This document shows positions 6,916 to 16,205 of a DNA stretch of 32,000 nt, piece by piece. The notes beneath the pieces are model-generated. The model saw nothing but the letters and a program-made list of their open reading frames with translations, was not told where the DNA came from and did not search any database. Numbering within the stretch: position 1 is the first letter of the stretch; every line of letters starts with the position of its first letter. Both the position numbers and the translations under genes were made by a program. The stretch comes from Flavobacteriaceae bacterium. GTDB taxonomy: Bacteria > Bacteroidota > Bacteroidia > Flavobacteriales > Flavobacteriaceae. The stretch is taken from the NCBI GenBank assembly GCA_965224465.1, contig OZ245049.1, positions 2,550,001 to 2,582,000 on the forward strand, read 5' to 3'.

Positions 6916-9090
6916 ATGAGCAGTAAAATTTATTTGTTAATATGTATACTTTTTTTTATGAATTGTAAAAAAAATGATTTCAAAATAGAATATCCTAGAA
7001 TAAACAAAAAAGAGGTTCAAGAATCATTCTTTGGAAAAAAAATTACAGATTCCTATAGAAATATAGAAAACATGGAAGACCCAACTATTGTAGAATGGTT
7101 TAAAAATGAAACAAAACTTTCTGACAGTTTGATGAATTTAATCGCTGGAAAAAAAACTTTTTTAGAAAAACTAACCAACGATCTAGAAAATAATAACTAT
7201 AAAATTTCTAAGCTAAAAATCACAAAAAACAACACTTATGTTTATTTAAAAAAAGCAAAAGGAGATCCGTATTCAAAACTTTATTATCGCAAAGGGTTTT
7301 CTGGAAAAGAGACATTACTCTTCGACCCCACTAGCTATAAATTCACCATTAATTATTTACAACCAAGTTGGGATGCTTCTAAAGTTGCAATTGGAATTAG
7401 TAAGAACGACCAAGAATTTTCAATATTTAGAATCGTTGAATTGGAATCCGAAAAACTACTTGAAGATCAAATTCCTAATGGATACCCTAATGGTTTTGGC
7501 GGTATAGAATGGCTTCCAGACAACTCAGGTTTTATTTATACTTACGTGCCTATAATTGATCCGAAAAAAAAGAATTATATGTTTAATGCTAAATCGATCA
7601 TCTATAAAATAGGTACATCCATAAAAGAAACAGTCACCATTTTTTCAAAAAAAAACAACCCTACTATAAACTTTAAAGAAGAAAGTATTCCGATAATTTA
7701 CCTTAGTGATGACACATCTAAAATTATACTTGGAATTAACATTACAGGAACGTCAAGATATAGAGATACGTATTTTACACGGACTACTAATTTAGAAGCT
7801 ACTTCAGTAAACTGGAATTTTTATTATGGTAAAGAAGAAAAGATTGCTGCATTTAGTTTAAGTAATTCTTTTTTTTACTATCGTACTTCCAAAAACGCCT
7901 CTACTTTTAAAATTTGCAAAACGCCTATATTAAAGCCCGATTTCAAAAACCCAATACTAGTTGTAGACCAAGATTCTACTGCCATTATTTCCGATTTTAC
8001 CGTAACAAACCAAGGCGTTTTTTATGTCAAATCTAAAAATGGTGTAGAGGCAACACTCTACCATTTTAATGAAGAAACAGGAGAACATACCAAAATGAAA
8101 CTCCCTAAGGCATCAGGATACATCAATGTAAAATCCAAAGGCTACCAATTTAATGACTTATGGATTGAAACTAAGGGATGGACAAGTAAAAAAAAACGCT
8201 ATAAGTACAATATTGGAAAATCTATATTTGAAGAAGAAAACTTAAATCCAATAAAAGAAAATCCTATTTTAGAAGATGTAATTGTTGAAGAAATTGAAAT
8301 CCCTTCACATGATGGAATTATGGTTCCGCTATCTATTATCTATAAAAAAGGAATTAAAAAAGACAAGAGCAACCGCTTACTTATCAATGCCTATGGTTCC
8401 TATAAATGGTCTAACGCTCCTTATATGTACCCATACCTAGTCCATTGGGTGAATAAAGGTGGTATTTATGCAATAGCCCACGTGAGAGGAGGCGGTGAAA
8501 AAGGAGATGCGTGGCATAAAGCCGGATTTAAAACAACAAAACCGAATACATGGAAAGATTTAATTGCCTGTACAGAGTATTTTATCGACAATAACTATGT
8601 GAACAAAAATAAAATAGTAGCTTGGGGTGCAAGTGCTGGTGGTGTTTGTATAGGAAGAGCCATTACAGAACGACCTGACTTATTTTCTGCAGCCATCATT
8701 CGTGTCGGTATTTTGAATACCTTAAGGAGAGAATTTGGAGCAAATGGAGCAAATAACACTAGAGAGTATGGCACTATTAAAGATTCTATTGAATTTAAGG
8801 GATTATATGAAATGGATGCCTACCATCATATAAAAAACAAAGTCCGTTACCCTGCTGTATTATTAACCGCAGGATTAAATGATTCAAGAGTTCCTGCATG
8901 GCAACCAGCAAAATTTGCGGCACGATTACAAGAAGCGACCGCCTCAAACAAACCTATATTATTAAATATAGACTTTGATGGAGGGCATGGCTTTGAAGCA
9001 TCTGACAATAAAAAAAATGAAGAACTGGCTAAAATAATGTCTTTCGCCTTTTGGCAAACAGGGCATCCAGAATTCCAATTGAAAGATTAA
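6916..9090 (+). CDS. S9-family prolyl oligopeptidase, predicted lipoprotein
   Basis: Lipoprotein-type signal MSSKIYLLICILFFMNC. Beta-propeller-sized N-terminal region. The C-terminal alpha/beta hydrolase has the nucleophile motif GASAGG, then LNDSRV (Asp) and DGGHGF (His), in the order typical of POP/S9A. Confidence 0.8.
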   Translation: MSSKIYLLICILFFMNCKKNDFKIEYPRINKKEVQESFFGKKITDSYRNIENMEDPTIVEWFKNETKLSDSLMNLIAGKKTFLEKLTNDLENNNYKISKLKITKNNTYVYLKKAKGDPYSKLYYRKGFSGKETLLFDPTSYKFTINYLQPSWDASKVAIGISKNDQEFSIFRIVELESEKLLEDQIPNGYPNGFGGIEWLPDNSGFIYTYVPIIDPKKKNYMFNAKSIIYKIGTSIKETVTIFSKKNNPTINFKEESIPIIYLSDDTSKIILGINITGTSRYRDTYFTRTTNLEATSVNWNFYYGKEEKIAAFSLSNSFFYYRTSKNASTFKICKTPILKPDFKNPILVVDQDSTAIISDFTVTNQGVFYVKSKNGVEATLYHFNEETGEHTKMKLPKASGYINVKSKGYQFNDLWIETKGWTSKKKRYKYNIGKSIFEEENLNPIKENPILEDVIVEEIEIPSHDGIMVPLSIIYKKGIKKDKSNRLLINAYGSYKWSNAPYMYPYLVHWVNKGGIYAIAHVRGGGEKGDAWHKAGFKTTKPNTWKDLIACTEYFIDNNYVNKNKIVAWGASAGGVCIGRAITERPDLFSAAIIRVGILNTLRREFGANGANNTREYGTIKDSIEFKGLYEMDAYHHIKNKVRYPAVLLTAGLNDSRVPAWQPAKFAARLQEATASNKPILLNIDFDGGHGFEASDNKKNEELAKIMSFAFWQTGHPEFQLKD

Positions 9091-9097
9091 AAAAAAT

Positions 9098-10086
9098 ATG
9101 ACGAGATTTCCTTTTTACCATCAAAACGATGCCAAAGATTGCGGTCCTACTTGTTTAAAAATAGTAGCGAAGCATTATAAAAAGGTAATTGCATTACAAG
9201 AACTTCGTGCCTTGAGTGAAACTACCAGGGCAGGAAGTAGCTTGTTAGGATTGAGTGATGCAGCCGAAAAATTAGGGTTTAGAAGTTTAGGTGTTCAGAT
9301 AACACTTGATAAATTAGAAGAGGCACCTTTACCCTGTGTATTGCATTGGAACAAAAATCATTATATTGTTCTCTATAAAATTAAAAAAGGAATCTACTAC
9401 GTGTCAGATCCTGCACACGGAATACTCAATTATTCAAAAAAGGAATTTTTAAGACATTGGATCGGATTAAACGCTACTAATGTTACTGAAGAAGGCGTTG
9501 TTTTACTACTAGAGCCAAGTCCTTCATTTTATCAGAATAAATTTGATAAAGAAAAGAAGAAAGTAGGATTCTCCATGCTTCTCAACTATGTCATCCCCTA
9601 TAAAAAATTTATTTGGCAACTTATAATTGGTTTATTTGCAGCGAGTATATTACAGCTTATTTTTCCTTTTCTTACGCAAAGCGTGGTGGATGTAGGAATT
9701 AAAAATCAAGACATTCATTTTATTTATTTAATTCTGTTTGCACAATTGGCATTATTTGTTGGTAAAACAGCTATTGAAGTGGTGCGTAGTTGGATTTTAT
9801 TGCATTTAAGTACTCGGATTAACATCTCATTAGTCTCTGACTTTTTTATCAAACTAATGAATTTACCCATCGCTTTTTTTGACACTCGAATGACAGGTGA
9901 TATTTTACAACGTATTAATGACCATAAAAGAATTGAACGCATTCTAACTACATCCTCTTTAAGTGTCTTATTTTCTATGATGAACCTTATCGTATTTAGT
10001 ATTGTTTTAGGCTATTATGATATGAGTATTTTCGGAATATTTGTGTTTGGGAGTATCTTTTATTTTCTATGGATACTTTTATTTTT
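9098..10086 (+). pseudogene. Peptidase-C39-domain bacteriocin ABC exporter, 5' part (C39 + start of the TMD), truncated by IS insertion
   Basis: C39 catalytic motifs QNDAKDCGPTCL (Cys) and HWNKNHYIVLY (His), followed by TM helices. From 10087 the reading frame runs into IS sequence (…WILLFL-LNSSHKRNF*). Confidence 0.85.
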
Positions 10087-11211
10087 GCTGAATTCAAGTC
10101 ACAAACGCAACTTTTAGTTAAATAATAATTGTTCCATTACAAATATAGGGTTTTGATATTTATGTCTCTTCCTAGGTCTGTTATTTAATTTTGTTTCTAC
10201 CTCTTTGATTCTTTGATCTGTTAGGTTTGTAAAGTCACTTCCTTTGGCAAAATATTGTCTAATCAAACCATTTAAATTTTCGTTAGATCCTCTTTCCCAA
10301 GAGTGATATGGATGCGCAAAAAAGTAATCAATACATAAATTTTCTGCAACCTGCTCATGGCCTGCAAATTCTTTTCCATTATCAGCTGTTATAGTATGTA
10401 GATAAGGCTTCCAGTCTTCTAATATTTCATTGATAGCTTTAGTGACAACAACTGCTTCTTTAGAGCTTACTTTTTTCATTTTAAGCATTCCAGAAGCTCT
10501 ATCATTTACGGTAAGTATGGCTTGATTATGGTTTTTACCTATGATTAAATCGACCTCTAAATCTCCAAATCGATTTCTTTGTTCAACAACTTCAGGGCGT
10601 TGTTCTATACTAATACGATTCTTTATAACCCCTCTAGAATCCTTTGATGAGCCACGTTTTCTATATCTCCTTCCCTGTCTGCGAAGGTGTGTATGTAAAT
10701 CACCATCATTCCTCTTGTCTTCCCTAATATGCTGATATATACGCTCAATAGACACCGTTTCTTTACCTTGTTTTTTTAGGACACCAACTACTTGCTCAGG
10801 ACTATAATCGTCTCGCAATAACAACTCTATTGCTTGTTGAATATCTTCTGTAAAGCGTTTTCTTTTAGGCTTTTCTTTATGACGTTTAGCATACTTTTTT
10901 TGGGCTAATTCATGCTTGTAAACTCCATTTCTTTTGTCTGAATTACGCTTAATCTCTTTGCTAATAACAGACTTGTCTTTTCCTATAGCAGCTGCTATCT
11001 CAACCTGTTTATAACCTTGTTTTAACATGCAACAAATTGTGTATCTTTGCGCTTGGGTGATGTGTTTCATACAACTTCTTTTTTCGAGATTTGAGACCGT
11101 AAGATACATATCCATCAAGACAAGAAAGGTAGGTTTTCCTACTTTTCTGTTTTGAAAATATAACCATCATAGAATCAAATCGAAAAGTTGCGTTTATTAG
11201 TTGAATTTAAG
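10087..11211 (-). mobile_element. IS30-family insertion sequence, copy 1 (~1125 bp)
   Basis: It holds a transposase ORF identical to the one at 14266-15270. It has imperfect ~30-bp terminal inverted repeats (GCTGAATTCAAGTCACAAACGCAACTTTTAG at 10087; complement of CTTAAATTCAACTAATAAACGCAACTTTTCG ending at 11211). Deleting 10087-11211 rejoins the ABC gene in frame (…WILLFL|LKKRGDLDYKRF…). Confidence 0.85.
10114..11070 (-). CDS. IS30-family DDE transposase
   Basis: N-terminal HTH (MKHITQAQRYTICCMLKQGYKQVEIAAAIGKDKSVISKEIKRN). DDE core: DLEVDLIIG ... TITADNGKEF ... ERGSNENLNGLIRQY. The track ORF extends to 11118, but the MKHITQAQRY start at 11070 is more typical. Confidence 0.85.
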   Translation of the reverse strand: MKHITQAQRYTICCMLKQGYKQVEIAAAIGKDKSVISKEIKRNSDKRNGVYKHELAQKKYAKRHKEKPKRKRFTEDIQQAIELLLRDDYSPEQVVGVLKKQGKETVSIERIYQHIREDKRNDGDLHTHLRRQGRRYRKRGSSKDSRGVIKNRISIEQRPEVVEQRNRFGDLEVDLIIGKNHNQAILTVNDRASGMLKMKKVSSKEAVVVTKAINEILEDWKPYLHTITADNGKEFAGHEQVAENLCIDYFFAHPYHSWERGSNENLNGLIRQYFAKGSDFTNLTDQRIKEVETKLNNRPRKRHKYQNPIFVMEQLLFN

Positions 11212-12415
11212 ATTAAAAAAGAGAGGGGATCTAGACTATAAACGATTTTCTGAGGTAAGTCAAGAACAAAGTAAAGTGATAGAGCTAATTAACGGCATGC
11301 AAGAAATAAAATTACACAATGCAGAAAAACAAAAACGTTGGGGTTGGGAATTTATTCAAGCACGCTTATTTAAAGTTTCCATGGAAGGGCTCGCCTTGGA
11401 GCAATACCAAAATGTAGGTTCCAATTTTATCAATGAAATTAAAAATATTTTAATCACCGTATTGTCTGCAAAACTGGTGATTGATGGAGAAATAACCTTA
11501 GGAATGATGTTAGCTATTAGCTATATAGTAGGGCAATTAAACGCCCCTATCTCACAATTAATAAATTTTGTAAGAGAAGTGCAAGATGCCAAAATATCAC
11601 TGGAAAGGCTCTCGGAAATCCACCTCAAAGAAGACGAGGAATCAATATACCAAGAACGTATCACAACAGTTGAAGACAACAAAGGTCTATACATTTCCAA
11701 CCTGTCATTCCGCTATCTAGGTTCTGAGCAACGAGTACTAAAAAACTTAAACCTACAAATCCCTTCAAATAAAATAACTGCTATTGTTGGCACTAGCGGT
11801 AGTGGAAAAACAACCTTAATGAAACTCTTATTGAAATTTTATGACCCTAACCAGGGAAGTATAAAATTAGGGAATCAAGATTTAAAAAATATTTCACAAA
11901 AAACATGGAGAAACGAATGCGGAGTGGTACTACAAGAAGGATACATTTTTAATGACACTATCGCAAATAACATAGCGCTAGGTGAAGACTTTGTGGACAA
12001 ATTGAAACTAGAACATGCCGTTGATGTAGCCAACATAAAATCATTTATTGAAACACTTCCTTTATCGTACAATACCAAAATAGGAATGGAAGGAGTTGGC
12101 TTAAGTACAGGTCAAAAACAACGTTTACTAATTGCACGTGCCGTATATAAAAATCCAAATTTTTTATTTTTTGATGAAGCAACAAGTGCCTTGGACGCCA
12201 ATAATGAAAAAATAATCATGGAAAAATTGAATCACTTTTTCAAAAATAAAACAGTCATCGTTATTGCCCATAGATTGAGTACTGTAAAAAATGCAGATCA
12301 AATTGTAGTTTTAGATGAAGGAAACATTGTAGAAGTAGGAAATCACACTTCACTTGTTAAGAAAAAGGGGAGCTATTACCATTTAGTTAAGAATCAATTG
12401 GAACTGGGGAGTTAA
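11212..12415 (+). pseudogene. Bacteriocin ABC exporter, 3' part (end of the TMD + nucleotide-binding domain)
   Basis: Continues the 9098 frame after IS removal. Walker A GTSGSGKTT, signature LSTGQKQR, Walker B LFFDEATSALD, H-loop IAHRLS. The first 'MNL' of the track ORF is a TTG codon within IS-end sequence, not a real start. Confidence 0.85.
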
Positions 12416-12651
12416 CATGGATTACGAAAGGATTAATTACGAAGTGTTAAATTACGAATCTGAATGCGTGTTTTAAATGACAGTACTTATATTTTATATA
12501 AAAAATAGCTCAATGTCATAAATTATTACGGTACTGCAGCCTTCAAAAAACATTAACATTTGAAATTCTAAATTAAATAATAACTATATTTAAAAAAAGA
12601 GTTACGGATTTGCTTTATTGATAGTTATCTAATGTAGAAAATTAATTGCCG

Positions 12652-12928
12652 AGAAAAAGGAATTTCTACTGTCCAAACAATTATTGCGTAGTGGAACATC
12701 CATAGGAGCAAATATAGAAGAAGCTATTGGAGCTATAAGCACAAAAGACTTCCTTTTGAAACTTTCTATTTCTTATAAAGAAGCAAGAGAAACCCATTAT
12801 TGGTTACGTCTTTTAAAAGAAAGTAGTTATACCTCCGAAAAAGAAGGATCCTATTAATAACACAGTGTGAAGAATTATTGCGAATTATTGGTCGTCTACA
12901 AAAAACAATGAAATCTCGTAATTCGTAA
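12652..12928 (+). pseudogene. Four-helix-bundle protein (23S rRNA intervening-sequence protein family) remnant, 5'-truncated and frameshifted
   Basis: Hand translation gives LIAEKKEFLLSKQLLRSGTSIGANIEEAIGAISTKDFLLKLSISYKEARETHYWLRLLKESSYTSEKEGSY*. After a frame change it continues ITQCEELLRIIGRLQKTMKSRNS*. The RSGTSIGANI.EA / KEA.ET.YWL motifs are characteristic. There is no start codon, and an in-frame stop lies just upstream at 12640-12642. Confidence 0.6.
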
Positions 12929-12946
12929 TTCCAAATTAAGAAAAAA

Positions 12947-14172
12947 ATGTCAAATCAGCTAGAAAACATAAAACTACGAAGTGAAGAAGTACAAGAAATT
13001 TTAACAAAAGTACCACATTGGATGATACGTTGGGGTAATGTCTTATTTCTATGTATAATTCTATTGCTTTTACTCATTTCTTGGCTTGTAAAATACCCAG
13101 ATATTATAACTTCTAATGCAATTATAACCACCCATATTCCTCCTCAGAAAATACATGCAAAAACAACTGGTAATCTAGAGGTTATACTCGTAGAAGATTT
13201 AGAGTTACTGCTAAAGAATCAACCTATAGCAATTATTGAGAATACAGCAGATTATAAAGATGTATTTATCCTTAAAGCTATTATTGACACTCTTAAAACA
13301 AGCAATAAAACACTTAGATTTCCTTTTGATAATATGCCCGTTTTGTCCTTAGGACCTATTGAATCTTCCTATGCTATCTTTGAAGGAAACTACCTTCAAT
13401 ATTGTTTAAATCAGGAACTACGCCCCTTTACTAACAAGGCTATAGCGAATAACATATCCATTTTAGAACTCAAGAAGCGCTTACAAAATGTTCAAGCACA
13501 AAAAGGAATTCAATTCACTGAACTCGCATTTAAAAAGAAAGACCTGAGCAGAAATAAATTCCTGTATGACAAAGGTATTATATCCACTCATGCATACGAA
13601 TTAAAACAATTAGAATTTGCACAGTTTAATAGAGAATTTCAAAATCATGAGGCTGTATTATCGCAAATAAGAGAAGCGCTTAGCAATGCAAACAGAACAT
13701 CCAAAGGAGTAGAAATTAATCGTATAATGGAAGAAATGGTATTACATAAAAATGTAGTCCAATCGTTAAATCAGTTAAAAAAAGCAATTAAAGACTGGGA
13801 GTATTTATATGTATTACAACCTAATACCGAAGGTTATGTTGCATTTATAGACATCTGGAGTGCGAATCAATCCGTACAGCAGGGAGACTTAATTTTTTCT
13901 GTTATCCCCTGTAAAAACACTACCTATATTGCAAAACTCAAAACACCATCTCTAAATTATGGCAAAATAAAAATAGGTCAATCTGTACATCTTAAACTTG
14001 ACAATTACCCTGATATAGAATTCGGCGTATTGAATGGCATCGTTAAAAAAATAGGTCAAATACCTAATAAAAATGGACGGTACAATATTGACGTACAGCT
14101 GCCAAAAAAATTGATCACTTCCTATAACAAAGAGATTATATTCAAACACGAAATGACCGCCAAAGCAGAAAT
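12947..14172 (+). pseudogene. HlyD-family secretion adaptor, 5' major part, interrupted near its 3' end by an IS
   Basis: N-terminal TM anchor (WGNVLFLCIILLLLLISWLV), coiled-coil middle region and C-terminal barrel region. After …FKHEMTAKAEI the frame enters IS sequence (LNSTNKRNFSI*). Confidence 0.8.
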
Positions 14173-15297
14173 CTTAAATTCAACTAATAAACGCAACTTT
14201 TCGATTTGATTCTATGATGGTTATATTTTCAAAACAGAAAAGTAGGAAAACCTACCTTTCTTGTCTTGATGGATATGTATCTTACGGTCTCAAATCTCGA
14301 AAAAAGAAGTTGTATGAAACACATCACCCAAGCGCAAAGATACACAATTTGTTGCATGTTAAAACAAGGTTATAAACAGGTTGAGATAGCAGCTGCTATA
14401 GGAAAAGACAAGTCTGTTATTAGCAAAGAGATTAAGCGTAATTCAGACAAAAGAAATGGAGTTTACAAGCATGAATTAGCCCAAAAAAAGTATGCTAAAC
14501 GTCATAAAGAAAAGCCTAAAAGAAAACGCTTTACAGAAGATATTCAACAAGCAATAGAGTTGTTATTGCGAGACGATTATAGTCCTGAGCAAGTAGTTGG
14601 TGTCCTAAAAAAACAAGGTAAAGAAACGGTGTCTATTGAGCGTATATATCAGCATATTAGGGAAGACAAGAGGAATGATGGTGATTTACATACACACCTT
14701 CGCAGACAGGGAAGGAGATATAGAAAACGTGGCTCATCAAAGGATTCTAGAGGGGTTATAAAGAATCGTATTAGTATAGAACAACGCCCTGAAGTTGTTG
14801 AACAAAGAAATCGATTTGGAGATTTAGAGGTCGATTTAATCATAGGTAAAAACCATAATCAAGCCATACTTACCGTAAATGATAGAGCTTCTGGAATGCT
14901 TAAAATGAAAAAAGTAAGCTCTAAAGAAGCAGTTGTTGTCACTAAAGCTATCAATGAAATATTAGAAGACTGGAAGCCTTATCTACATACTATAACAGCT
15001 GATAATGGAAAAGAATTTGCAGGCCATGAGCAGGTTGCAGAAAATTTATGTATTGATTACTTTTTTGCGCATCCATATCACTCTTGGGAAAGAGGATCTA
15101 ACGAAAATTTAAATGGTTTGATTAGACAATATTTTGCCAAAGGAAGTGACTTTACAAACCTAACAGATCAAAGAATCAAAGAGGTAGAAACAAAATTAAA
15201 TAACAGACCTAGGAAGAGACATAAATATCAAAACCCTATATTTGTAATGGAACAATTATTATTTAACTAAAAGTTGCGTTTGTGACTTGAATTCAGC
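14173..15297 (+). mobile_element. IS30-family insertion sequence, copy 2 (~1125 bp), inverted relative to copy 1
   Basis: Same ends and an identical transposase protein as copy 1. It is flanked by AAT (14170-14172) and AAT (15298-15300), a candidate 3-bp target duplication. Confidence 0.85.
14314..15270 (+). CDS. IS30-family DDE transposase (identical to the 10114-11070 copy)
   Basis: The 334-aa track ORFs are identical, and the spot-checked nucleotide stretches at both ends are identical. Confidence 0.85.
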   Translation: MKHITQAQRYTICCMLKQGYKQVEIAAAIGKDKSVISKEIKRNSDKRNGVYKHELAQKKYAKRHKEKPKRKRFTEDIQQAIELLLRDDYSPEQVVGVLKKQGKETVSIERIYQHIREDKRNDGDLHTHLRRQGRRYRKRGSSKDSRGVIKNRISIEQRPEVVEQRNRFGDLEVDLIIGKNHNQAILTVNDRASGMLKMKKVSSKEAVVVTKAINEILEDWKPYLHTITADNGKEFAGHEQVAENLCIDYFFAHPYHSWERGSNENLNGLIRQYFAKGSDFTNLTDQRIKEVETKLNNRPRKRHKYQNPIFVMEQLLFN

Positions 15298-15367
15298 AAT
15301 AATTACAGAAGACTTGCGACTTATAGATCGCTTTTTTTATCGATTGAAAAAGAGCCTGCGTAATTGA
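15298..15367 (+). pseudogene. HlyD adaptor 3' remnant displaced by IS copy 2
   Basis: Hand translation from 15299 gives IITEDLRLIDRFFYRLKKSLRN*. This is the typical C-terminal tail of bacteriocin-type HlyD proteins and is in frame with …MTAKAEI once the IS is removed. Confidence 0.7.
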
Positions 15368-15392
15368 TTTTTCAAACAACTGTTTTATAGCA

Positions 15393-15592
15393 ATTACAAT
15401 CCAAAACAATCAATATAGATAAGTTCTTTTACGTTCTAGCCTTGTTAAAAAATAGAACGATACTTCGGCAAAGACTCCGTAAGCAAATTAATGGCTAACC
15501 ATCCATTTTTCGCCTAGCTATCCGCCCAGTCGGAGAACAAACAAAAAACAATTTCATCTCTAAACCATCAATAAAAATGTATTTGGTATAAC
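15393..15592. repeat. Intergenic repeat family, copy R1 (long form; boundaries approximate)
   Basis: TTACAATCCAAAACAATCAATATAGATAAG...TTTTACGTTCTAGCC...AATAGAACGATA...CCATTTTTCGCCTAGCTAT...TTTCATCTCTAAACC...GTATTTGGTATAAC. It shares ordered blocks with the copies at 22889, 23638 and 24668. Confidence 0.6.
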
Positions 15593-15638
15593 AAATAGCA
15601 TCCTCGGCATTCGATTCGCTTTTTATACATTCTCCCTA

Positions 15639-16019
15639 TCAATCTTTAGAGTGTAAACCAATCATATTCCCTTCCGTATCTATAATCATAGAAACAAAAC
15701 CAAATTCACCAATACTAAATTTAGATTGTGTCACAACGCCTCCTGCCAATTCTACACGACTTTCTTCCTCTCCACAATCAATACAATTAAAATAAACGAT
15801 GGTCCCTCCTACTCCTGGTTTCCCGAAATCTGCTTTCACAATAGCACCTGCAGAAAAAGGTGCATTTTCAGTCCTGGGAAAAGCAAACATTTTTAACTGC
15901 TCGTTACTTAAATCAACCCATTGATCGATCTCAAATACATTCTCATAAAATATTTTAGCGCGATCTATATCATCTACATAAATCTCAAACCAACCCACAA
16001 CATTTGCTTTCTTGTCCAT
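15639..16019 (-). CDS. VOC-family (glyoxalase/bleomycin-resistance fold) protein
   Basis: 126 aa. VGWFEIYVDDIDRAKIFYENVF ... IIDTEGNMIGLHS is the typical pattern of small VOC proteins. Confidence 0.65.
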   Translation of the reverse strand: MDKKANVVGWFEIYVDDIDRAKIFYENVFEIDQWVDLSNEQLKMFAFPRTENAPFSAGAIVKADFGKPGVGGTIVYFNCIDCGEEESRVELAGGVVTQSKFSIGEFGFVSMIIDTEGNMIGLHSKD

Positions 16020-16205
16020 AATAAAATTTATTAAATTAGTATTTCTCTAAAGGTAAGAAAAATTGACAAAGCATAGATGAACAAGAGCCGTGTAAATTAA
16101 GACAACACCTAACAAATGAAGCTATTACAAGAGACACCTTATTAGATCAGTATCAAAAAATCAACACACTTTACGTCTGTAATCTTTCCGTTTATAAAGG
16201 CTATT

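Noticed and set aside
12421-12458. The 15-bp-phased ATTACGAA repeats as a possible mini CRISPR array
   Set aside because: There are only three 8-bp repeats with 7-bp spacers and no cas genes. Repeat and spacer lengths are far too short.
11212-14172. The possibility that the segment between the inverted IS copies has been inverted, or is foreign cargo of a composite transposon
   Set aside because: The ABC 3' half follows its 5' half in the same orientation and frame, and the HlyD 3' remnant follows IS copy 2 in frame. The simplest reading is two independent simple insertions into a contiguous native operon.
14266-14313. The MMDMYLTVSNLEKRSC extension of the transposase ORFs (also 11071-11118 in copy 1)
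   Set aside because: IS30 transposases typically begin at the HTH (MKHITQAQRY). The extension lies in the IS end region. This is uncertain, so the longer start is not excluded.
1-15367. A search for a LanC-type cyclase or a YcaO/radical-SAM partner among all listed ORFs
   Set aside because: No ORF in the window shows the LanC Zn-ligand pattern (…CHG… / WCxG…), YcaO or CxxxCxxC radical-SAM motifs. Absence is reported as an observation limited to this window.
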